DNA of 32,000 nt from Phycisphaera mikurensis NBRC 102666 (lineage in GTDB: Bacteria > Planctomycetota > Phycisphaerae > Phycisphaerales > Phycisphaeraceae), in contig NC_017081.1 in NCBI RefSeq assembly GCF_000284115.1, positions 1 to 32,000 of the forward strand, read 5' to 3'. Of the stretch, positions 8,839 through 15,199 are shown one piece after another (positions within the stretch are counted from its first letter, which is position 1; each line of letters opens with the position of its first letter). A model generated the notes under the pieces. That model had not been told where the DNA came from and did no database searches. It was given only the letters and a program-made list of their open reading frames with translations. The translations under genes and the position numbers were made by a program.

Positions 8839-8935
8839 GGGACCGCCGGTTTACAACGCGGGGCGTCAATGTGCGTGCGCTTGTGGCTGCGCCGCCTGGC
8901 GTTGAGCCTGCTCAAGCGGACGCCGGGAAGGCAAC

Positions 8936-8994
8936 GGGGTGTCGGGGCAGGGCCCCGACCGCGCGGCGACCCGGAGGGGAGCCGCGCGCGGCCG
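8936..8994. repeat. Double-hairpin repeat, copy 2 (just after the ardC stop)
   Basis: GGGGTGTCGGGGCAGGGCCCCGACCGCGCGGCG...GCCGCGCGCGGCCG. Hairpin a is a perfect GTCGGGGC/GCCCCGAC here. Confidence 0.6.
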
Positions 8995-9049
8995 AGACCC
9001 GGCCACGGCGAAGCGTTCGCACGACCGCTCCAGGCCCCCAGCCCCGGGC

Positions 9050-10030
9050 TCACTCGGGGCCGGTCTTTCGGTCCTCCGCCGCCGGGCGGATCAGGTCAAC
9101 CGCCTTCTGCGCAGCGCCCGCCGCCTTCAGGAAGAAGCCGCTGTCGGTCTGCATCCGGTCCAGCCAGCCAGCGACGTACGCGGCGCTCATCTCCTCGGTG
9201 ACCGGGGCAATCCCGCAGTGAGCACAGAGCAGGGACGCCGCCAGCTCCGCGACCATCTCCTCCTCGGCGTAAGGATCCAGCAGTCCGGAGCCCGCCTCGG
9301 TGATGCCCCTGCGGCCCAGCCGCGACGCGTGCCCGGTGCTGTGCGCGATCTCGTGGAAGAGCGTTGAGAAGTAGGCCTCGGGCGTTTCGTAGCTCGCCAG
9401 CGGCGGCGTCACCACCACGTCGGTGCGGCAGTTGTAGTGCGGGGTGACCTCCATCTCCACGCACCCCGGGGCCCCGGGCGACCGCAGGAAGCCGGTCGCC
9501 ACCTCGGCGCAGGCCCGCAGCTCGGGCGGGCAGGCGTCGGGCTCCAGCGGGACCTCCCCCGGCGCGGCCTCGGTGTCCAGCCCGTCGACGTCCTCGACGT
9601 TGAAGACGTTGTATGTCTTGAGGAAGGCCACCCGCTTCTTCTCCCCGCTGGGGTTCTTCTTGTCCTCCTTCTCCATGAAGTTCCAGAAAACGATGGGCAC
9701 GCTCTTGGATCCGGCCCGCACCTGCCCCCCGGCTTGAGCCGCCTGGCGGTAGGTCATCCACAGCGGCCGGGTGAAGCCGCGCTTCCGCTCGGCGAGCCAG
9801 AGCAGGAAGACGTTCACGCCCCGGTACTTCTTCCCGGTGACGAGGTTGGCCGGCAGGAATCCCGACTCGGTGCCGGTGTGCTGGGGCCGCCACGGGACGG
9901 TTCCCGCCGTCAAGGCCTCCACGATTCGGTCGGTGACCTCTTGGGCGATGTCCCGGCGGGGCTTGGGGGCGTCCTTGCGGGCGGGCTTGCGGGTGCGGGT
10001 GCTGGACGATCGGGAAACGGAAGCGGACAC
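9050..10030 (-). CDS. ardC: ArdC antirestriction protein (N-terminal ssDNA-binding DUF1738 domain plus C-terminal zincin metalloprotease)
   Basis: EVTDRIVEALTAGTVPWRPQ, KKYRGVNVFLLWL, PIVFWNF and LFHEIAHSTGH are characteristic of ArdC. I place the start at GTG 10030, preceded by AGGAG with a 6-nt spacer. The ATG at 10156 would translate through conserved hairpin H1. Confidence 0.9.
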   Translation of the reverse strand: MSASVSRSSSTRTRKPARKDAPKPRRDIAQEVTDRIVEALTAGTVPWRPQHTGTESGFLPANLVTGKKYRGVNVFLLWLAERKRGFTRPLWMTYRQAAQAGGQVRAGSKSVPIVFWNFMEKEDKKNPSGEKKRVAFLKTYNVFNVEDVDGLDTEAAPGEVPLEPDACPPELRACAEVATGFLRSPGAPGCVEMEVTPHYNCRTDVVVTPPLASYETPEAYFSTLFHEIAHSTGHASRLGRRGITEAGSGLLDPYAEEEMVAELAASLLCAHCGIAPVTEEMSAAYVAGWLDRMQTDSGFFLKAAGAAQKAVDLIRPAAEDRKTGPE

Positions 10031-10335
10031 GGCGAACTCCTGGAGCCCACAAGGGGCGGGATGAATCGCAGGGGCTACGCGTGTCGCTGCACGCTCCGGG
10101 CCAAGCCATTGCTTTTGGCCCTCCCTGCGCAGGCAGGGAGGGAGGGCCAACAGCAACCAACACAGGGGGCTCTCCCGGGGCGAAGCGACCGAGAGGCGGG
10201 AACGGCATGACGGAGCGGGACGGGGCCTCTGGGATCTGATCGCCCCAGCCGACGCAGTCGGCTCGGGCGACCGCGAAGCGGCGGGTCAGATCACGAGCCC
10301 CTCGCCCCGCGACGGCGGGACGTTCAGGCCGTCAG
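10031..10335. promoter_or_regulatory. Structured leader element R2 upstream of ardC
   Basis: H1 at 10115-10150 (14 bp with a 4-nt AGGG bulge), AGCGACCG block, stem GATCTGA (10233-10239)/TCAGATC (10286-10292) enclosing the perfect inner hairpin AGCCGAC-gca-GTCGGCT, and distal block CGACGGCGGGACG. Collinear with R1 almost throughout. Confidence 0.65.
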
Positions 10336-10923
10336 GGAGTGCAGCCACGGGTGGGCCCCGGCTTGCCGGCTCCGCCGGCGGACCTCAGAAGGCGGGCGAA
10401 GCCCGCCCCGACGGCTGCCCGGCCGCGCCGGGTGTCCTCTGCTTGCGGCCCGGAAGCGGGAGCAACCGGGACTGGACGCCGCGCGGGGCCCAGAGGGGCC
10501 TCCGGGGGCGGGAAGCCCAGCCGGGAACCGGCTCGGCGGCCTGCGGAAGCAGGGCCCGCCCACGAGTCCCCCGCGCCGCCCCCGTGGCGGACGGCCCGGG
10601 GGCCGAGCGAGCAAACCCGCACCGGAACCCGCCCGGCGGCCACGCCGCCGGTCCGCTCCCCGGCCGGGCGACGGCCGCGGGGCTGGCCGTCCCCGGCGAG
10701 CCCCGCGGCCCCAAGCCGGGCCGCTTCCGCCCCCCAAGATCAACCGCCGCCCGGGCGGCCGGGCGATGTGCCTGCGCAGCGGGGACACGGCCCGGTCGCT
10801 CGGGCTTCCGAGGGCGGGCCACGTTGCCCGCACGCCTCCGGTGGGCGCTCCTCCGTGCCACTCCAGTCAAGACCCATCCGGAACCACCAGGCGGGATCCC
10901 GCCACCCCGCCCGGCCGCTGTCG
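10336..10923. other. About 590-bp extremely GC-rich region without a credible ORF
   Basis: All overlapping track ORFs on both strands are Arg/Pro/Gly/Ala shadows. The region is dense in short GC hairpins (GGCGGGC-gaa-GCCCGCC, AGCCGG-gaa-CCGGCT, palindrome GGCGGGATCCCGCC). Confidence 0.5.
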
Positions 10924-11196
10924 TCAGTACTCGTCCGGGAACAGGATCGTCGTTGAGCTGCGGTCCGCTTCGGTGATGACGTAAACCTCGCCGTGGGGGG
11001 TGTCGAAGCGGCTGAGGACGCGGCCCCCGTGCTTCACCGCGAGGCGGTTGGCCTCGGCGTCATTGGGGCACAGAAGTCCAATGTCCCCCCGGAGGTGTCG
11101 CCGGAGGAGCCCGGCGAGATCTCTGATGGTGAAGATCTGCACCACACTGACGGTGGCGACAGTGCGGCCGAGCGGGAAGGCGCGGGTGGGGTTCAT
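10924..11196 (-). CDS. Small conserved plasmid/ICE-associated protein (90 aa), function unknown
   Basis: ATG at 11196. The pattern LGRTVAT...RRHLRGDIG...NDAEANRLAVKHGGRVLSRF...VYVITEADRSSTTILFPDEY matches, from memory, a small protein family recurrent on plasmids/ICEs that ends in ITEADRSxTT(I/V)LxPxEY. Confidence 0.7.
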   Translation of the reverse strand: MNPTRAFPLGRTVATVSVVQIFTIRDLAGLLRRHLRGDIGLLCPNDAEANRLAVKHGGRVLSRFDTPHGEVYVITEADRSSTTILFPDEY

Positions 11197-11203
11197 GGTC
11201 TGG

Positions 11204-11246
11204 GGTCTTCGGGTGGGGTGGGTGAGGAACACCCACGCGGAAGACC
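11204..11246. promoter_or_regulatory. Two-tier hairpin abutting the start of the 90-aa gene
   Basis: Outer stem GGTCTTC (11204-11210)/GAAGACC (11240-11246), inner stem GTGGGTG (11218-11224)/CACCCAC (11230-11236), loop AGGAA. Located 8 nt from ATG 11196. Confidence 0.45.
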
Positions 11247-11338
11247 GCCCCGCGGGAGCGGGGCGATCGACCTCGGCGGAACGAAGAGAAACCGCGTGCC
11301 GGTGCCGCCGGCAGCGGATCCGGCCTGGGGCGGTGGGG

Positions 11339-11596
11339 TCAGTCCCCGCCGCCGGCTTCTTCTTGAGCCTCGTGGATCCAGTCGAAGGCCAGCGAGGCGA
11401 CCTTCTCGAGGATGGGCAGGTCCTGCAGCCCGAAGCTGGTGGAGTCCTTCCACTCCCCGTCGACCTGGTAGCCGCGGGAGAAGGTGGCTTGGTGCCGGAC
11501 GCCGCTCTGAGTCTCGTTGGCCCAGATGGCCGCCTTGATGGTGCCCACGCGGACGGTGTGGGCGGGACGGGTGGTGTTGCTGTGGTGCTTCGCCAT
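11339..11596 (-). CDS. Small conserved plasmid/ICE-associated protein (85 aa), function unknown (possibly a small ssDNA-binding fold)
   Basis: ATG at 11596 with AGGAA about 9 nt upstream. VRVGTIKAAIWANETQSGVRHQATFSRGYQVDGEWKDSTSFGLQDLPILEKVASLAFDWI resembles, from memory, a recurrent small mobile-element family (IKAxIWxN...R.Y..dgeWk.S.sF). The fold guess is inference only. Confidence 0.7.
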   Translation of the reverse strand: MAKHHSNTTRPAHTVRVGTIKAAIWANETQSGVRHQATFSRGYQVDGEWKDSTSFGLQDLPILEKVASLAFDWIHEAQEEAGGGD

Positions 11597-11850
11597 GAGA
11601 GGGTTTCCTTTCGGAGGGGGGTGAGGGGGTCCGTACGCAAGAACGGCGGGCCCCCTCACCCCCCGGGAGGAAACCGCCGGCGGGTCCGCCGCGGGCGAGA
11701 CCGGCGCAGCGACCGGAGGCGGGAGCGGCGTGCCGGAGGCGAGGGTGTGCCGGGAATCTGATCGCCCCCAGTCATGGGGAGCGACCCGAGCGCAGAGAGG
11801 GCGGGTCCGATTCCGGGTGCTCCCGCAGCCGACGGCGGGACGCTCAGGCC
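11597..11850. promoter_or_regulatory. Structured leader element R3 upstream of the 85-aa gene
   Basis: 14-bp perfect GC hairpin GGGGGGTGAGGGGG (11616-11629)/CCCCCTCACCCCCC (11651-11664). Shares with R1/R2 the AGCGACCGGAGGCGGGA block, stem GGAATC (11753-11758)/GATTCC (11809-11814), and distal CGACGGCGGGACGCTCAGGCC. Confidence 0.6.
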
Positions 11851-12269
11851 GGATGGGAAGCGCAGCGGGCTCGACCGTGGAGGCCACGCCGGCACAGGCG
11901 AAGCACGACGTCGCCCCCGCACGTCCTGCCACATCCTCGTGGTGCTCTCTCACCCGGCCGGCTCGTGCAACGCGACCCGGCGGTCGACTTCAAAACGCTC
12001 TCGCGTGGTGACGTGACGGGGGCAAAGGCTCCGCCCGCTCGCGCTCCTCACCGCCCATCCAGAAGATGGCCCGGCCTTCACGATCCACGCGTCGTGGGCT
12101 TTGACGGTGGGGCGGTCCTGCAGGCCGCACGGCCGGGGTTGCAGTTGGTGGCCTTTGCCCGGCGCCCCTCTCCATCGGGTGGTCGATCGTCCCGCTCTCG
12201 CGGGGCGGCGCAGCCTCTTCTTCGCCCATCCCGCTCGGAGCAGCCGGGTCAGATTCAACCCGCGTCGAC

Positions 12270-12511
12270 CGATCATTCGTCCGCCACCTTGTTGTTTCGA
12301 GAGCGACCCTCCACGAAGTTTGCTGGTCGCCGCGCTCGGGTTCGTGCCCATGTCGATCGCCACCGTCAGCGGAGCCGAGGTGCAGAAGTCGCTGGCCGCC
12401 GTCGTCATCGGCGGGGCCGTCAGCACCACCCTGCTGATGCTGGTCGTGCTTCCGGCGATCTGCCGGATCTGGCTTCCGATCGACCCAAGGGTTCCGCGGG
12501 GACCCAGTTGA
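12270..12511 (+). pseudogene. Truncated 3' remnant of a CzcA/CusA-family RND efflux pump gene
   Basis: The C-terminal part of track ORF 12101..12511 reads AALGFVPMSIATVSGAEVQKSLAAVVIGGAVSTTLLMLVVLPAICRIW, the conserved last TM region of heavy-metal RND pumps. No upstream pump sequence is present, and homology fades near 12270-12320. Confidence 0.7.
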
Positions 12512-12536
12512 GCGACCGCGAGCCAACGATGAGGCA

Positions 12537-14258
12537 ATGCCACGGCTCCAGCACCTCTCCAGCGGCGACCGCAACTGCCGGTTCATGCCCGTCGACCGGC
12601 GGGTGCCTTTCCGACTCAGTGCGTTCTGGCGGCACCTCGACGACCTCGGGCTGACCCATCCAGACCGGCTGGATCCGGAGCGTCTGATCCGGCGTGGTTG
12701 GCTCCGCCCTCTGTTCACCCTCTCCGCGGAGAAGGCTGGCTCTGAGGACGCCCCCAGCCGGGTCGATCTCTGGCTCGGCACCCGCCTCGGCGACCGCTTC
12801 GACTCCTTTGCAGGCGACTGGTGGTCGGCTGACCTGGACCGGGTCGAAGACCCCGACACCGACGCGATCCTGGCGGCCGGCCGGGAGCCGACCGCCCCCC
12901 AAGCGGGCGAAGAAGACGATTGGCACGCGGACCGGATCGAGGTCTACCGGTACCACCAGGCCTTCCTGGTTGCCGATTTGCAGGAGCGCTGCACGTCCCG
13001 GAGCGACCCCCTCGCGTGCGATCTCGACGGGGCGCACGCGGCGCTGCAAAGCAACCAGCAGCGTCAAGCCCGCGAAGCCGCTGCCGTTCGAAAGCAGTGG
13101 GCAGACATCGCACCCGTCCTCGACCGCGTCTCGCTCTGGCGGACCGCCGTGAGCACCCACGCATTCCCGGGCCTGACGCCGGCGGACGGATCCGACGCCT
13201 GGGTCTGGGCCGACGCGGAAGCCGACCTGCTCGCTCGCGACGCCGAGACCGGCGCGGCGTGGGAGGAGGACATCCGCGCCGCGTACCTGACGACCTGGGA
13301 GCGGTGGCGGAGGATGCTCCCCGGGGGGCCGCTCGCCTCCCCCAAGCTCGTCGGCCTGTTCCGCCAGGACGTGCAGCACGCGATCGCGGCTGCAGAGACC
13401 ACCACCGGGCAAAGCGTCGACTTCCTCGACGAAACTTGGGACTACGGGCGCCCCTGGCACGCGGACGCGAGCAGGGGTCGCCGCTCCTGGGCGAGGCTGC
13501 TGGAGGTGCTGCCCTTCGAAGAAGACGTCGCGATGGTGGAGTTTCCCGTGCGGGCCCGCATCTACCTCCGCGGCCTCCAGCACATGGCGTGTCGAACGCT
13601 CGACGAGACCGACCTCTTCCAGGCCGTCTCGCCGGTCCGGCACCGGCCACTCGTCAACCGCATCCTCCTGAGCTTCCGCCGCACGCACGAGGACCTCGAT
13701 GTGAGTCTCAGCAGCGACCCGAGAGCCGTCCTCCCAGCGAAGGAGCGGATCACCAGCATCCACCAGACCCTCCTTGACCTCGAGAAGGCGCTCATCGCCT
13801 GGAGCATCCGGGTCACGAACCCGGCGAAGGAGCCAGACCTCAGAAAGTGCATGAAGCAACTGCTCGGATTCATGCTGGACCAGCAGGGCTGGTCTGGTGG
13901 GGAGATCGCCACCCGGAAGGGACAGCTCGAGAAGCTCTGCGAGGGACGCAGTGGGAGCAAGGCGCACATCACAGGCGAGCTTCCGCTCATCGACATGGCC
14001 GATGTTCCGCAGGCGCCGCCGGCGTTGCAGGAGTTCTTCATCGCCGCGGTCAACTTCCTCGTGGGCCGGAACCACGCCGCGCACAGCTCCAGCGTCGATC
14101 GATCCATCATCTATGTGCAAAAGGACGAGGAGCGGGACGAGCACGTCGGCGGGCGGATCCTCACCGGCGCTCTCGTGGTGTTCATGGAGCTGACGGCCGC
14201 CCTCGCTGAGGAGGCGGGAACGGCTGCTACCGGCACCGGTGGTGAAGCCTGCTCCTGA
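12537..14258 (+). CDS. Hypothetical 573-aa protein with C-terminal HEPN-like RNxxAH motif
   Basis: Long ATG ORF of diverse composition that starts 25 nt after the RND remnant stop. About 60 residues from the C-terminus, FLVGRNHAAHSS fits the Rx4-6H (RNxxAH) HEPN signature in a helical context. No other domain recognised. Confidence 0.7.
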   Translation: MPRLQHLSSGDRNCRFMPVDRRVPFRLSAFWRHLDDLGLTHPDRLDPERLIRRGWLRPLFTLSAEKAGSEDAPSRVDLWLGTRLGDRFDSFAGDWWSADLDRVEDPDTDAILAAGREPTAPQAGEEDDWHADRIEVYRYHQAFLVADLQERCTSRSDPLACDLDGAHAALQSNQQRQAREAAAVRKQWADIAPVLDRVSLWRTAVSTHAFPGLTPADGSDAWVWADAEADLLARDAETGAAWEEDIRAAYLTTWERWRRMLPGGPLASPKLVGLFRQDVQHAIAAAETTTGQSVDFLDETWDYGRPWHADASRGRRSWARLLEVLPFEEDVAMVEFPVRARIYLRGLQHMACRTLDETDLFQAVSPVRHRPLVNRILLSFRRTHEDLDVSLSSDPRAVLPAKERITSIHQTLLDLEKALIAWSIRVTNPAKEPDLRKCMKQLLGFMLDQQGWSGGEIATRKGQLEKLCEGRSGSKAHITGELPLIDMADVPQAPPALQEFFIAAVNFLVGRNHAAHSSSVDRSIIYVQKDEERDEHVGGRILTGALVVFMELTAALAEEAGTAATGTGGEACS

Positions 14259-14312
14259 CGGCCTCTCGGACCGCGATCGCTGCCCCTCATTCGCCGGAGT
14301 ACCTTCGGAAGG

Positions 14313-14738
14313 ATGCCGAAGAGGACGACCCTGCTTGCTCCGAGGCTGCTGCTCGCCGTGCCGCTCGCGCTGGCGATCGCGGGTGTTCTCCTCTCCCCGT
14401 GGTTCGACGAGCCCACCATCTCAACGGTGACCAGCGCGGGCTTCGTCGTACACGCTTCGGAAGCCTCCTCCGGTGTGGCCGGGCGGCTGGAAGACGCTCC
14501 GGCCGCGGCGCCGCGTCCGGGGTGGCTGGCCGCACACCACGCGGTCGTCGCTTCGAACGATCCCGGCGCGACCCGAGACGCGAAGCGTGTCCTCCTGCTC
14601 TTCGGCCTGGCCGCGGCGCTGGTGATCGTCCTCGTCGCGCCGGTGTCCCGCGGGTCTCCGTCGCTGGGGCCTTGGCTCCCGCCATCCCCTCACGGCCGGG
14701 TCGTGGAGGCACCGCCCGCACCGAACTTCCATCCGTGA
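14313..14738 (+). CDS. Small putative membrane protein (141 aa, two predicted TM helices)
   Basis: ATG at 14313 preceded by GGAAGG. Hydrophobic stretches are LLLAVPLALAIAGVLLSPWF and VLLLFGLAAALVIVLVAPV. No homology recognised. Confidence 0.45.
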   Translation: MPKRTTLLAPRLLLAVPLALAIAGVLLSPWFDEPTISTVTSAGFVVHASEASSGVAGRLEDAPAAAPRPGWLAAHHAVVASNDPGATRDAKRVLLLFGLAAALVIVLVAPVSRGSPSLGPWLPPSPHGRVVEAPPAPNFHP

Positions 14739-14995
14739 GGCCTGAGCCCCTCGCACCGGGCCGAAGCCCGGCGCGTCGAGACACCTTCATCGTCCGGACC
14801 GCACGACATCCTCTGAATTTGCTTCTTGGCTTCACGGGCGACCTTGGGATCCGAGCGGCGGCATCGAGCTTGATCGCCACCGATCTGCCCGGCTGCGCGG
14901 GGAGGCCGTACGTCGACACCGTCGACCTGAAGATGGAGGTCCGGGCGGAAGCACGAGCGGCCCGAGCCGCTCCCGACGGAGCGGCGAGCAACAGA

Positions 14996-15083
14996 CGAGC
15001 CGACGGCGAGGCATGACGGCGCGCCAGAAGAGAAGGGCGGTGGACCGGTGCAGCCAGCCGGACCCCGGAGGCGGCGTTCCTTT
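14996..15083. repeat. Partial (distal-half only) copy of the R1-type element
   Basis: CGAGCCGACGGCGAGGCATGACGGCGCGCCAGAAGAGAAGGGCGGTGGACCGGTGCAGCCAGCCGGACCCCGGAGGCGGCGTTCCTT aligns to 8490-8580. The H1 hairpin and GATCTGA stem are absent. Confidence 0.55.
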
Positions 15084-15199
15084 CCTCTCTGCACAATGGA
15101 TTAGAGACTTGACCTCCGTTCCCGGCCCAGGAAGCGAGGCCTCACGCGGCTCAATCCATAAACGCCTGCGCGTGACCGGCGTCCTTGGCTTCCACTGCA

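Larger units (their letters stand above)
1..12320. mobile_element. Putative segment of an integrated conjugative/mobilisable element (leading-region-like); boundaries uncertain, left end outside the window
   Basis: Gene content typical of plasmids/ICEs (ArdC, RadC, SprT-like, CoiA-like, two small plasmid/ICE-family ORFs, AbiE TA). The right edge abuts a truncated czcA-like 3' remnant beginning near 12270-12320. No integrase, relaxase or att site was seen in the window. Confidence 0.45.

Noticed and set aside
10031-10156. N-terminal extension of ArdC from ATG 10156, and the analogous RadC extension 8220..8324
   Set aside because: The extensions would translate through the conserved H1 hairpins. 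Internal starts GTG 10030 (AGGAG, 6-nt spacer) and ATG 8219 (GGAG, 7-nt spacer) have proper RBSs and give family-typical N-termini.
10324-10976. Four overlapping 160-205 aa ORFs on both strands in the GC-rich spacer
   Set aside because: All are Arg/Pro/Gly/Ala low-complexity translations that mutually overlap. The region is treated as non-coding, or possibly a decayed gene.
8220-11850. A CRISPR array as the explanation for the repeated elements
   Set aside because: The repeats are 250-300 nt, imperfect and separated by genes. There are no short, regularly spaced direct repeats with unique spacers anywhere in the window.
11950-12300. ORFs 11950..12543(-), 11965..12654(+) and 11990..12859(-) as possible integrase or junction genes, and this region as oriT
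   Set aside because: The translations are shadow-like and no recombinase, relaxase or nic motif is recognisable. The region may be decayed sequence at the element/RND junction, but I cannot support a call.
13350-13400. A second Rx4H match (RQDVQH) in the 573-aa protein as evidence for a Cas13-like dual-HEPN enzyme, and RAQAGAH in the 297-aa protein (about 3240-3262)
   Set aside because: Bare Rx4-6H matches are expected several times by chance in Arg- and His-rich proteins of this size. These two lack the Asn/Asp/His after Arg and other contextual features. Only the C-terminal RNHAAH is reported, and that with caution.
12420-14144. 574-aa minus-strand ORF opposite the 573-aa gene, and 15101..16417(-) opposite the DAC-like gene
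   Set aside because: Shadow ORFs with a repetitive R/G/P/E composition, no start context and no motif. The plus-strand partners have diverse composition and recognisable motifs.
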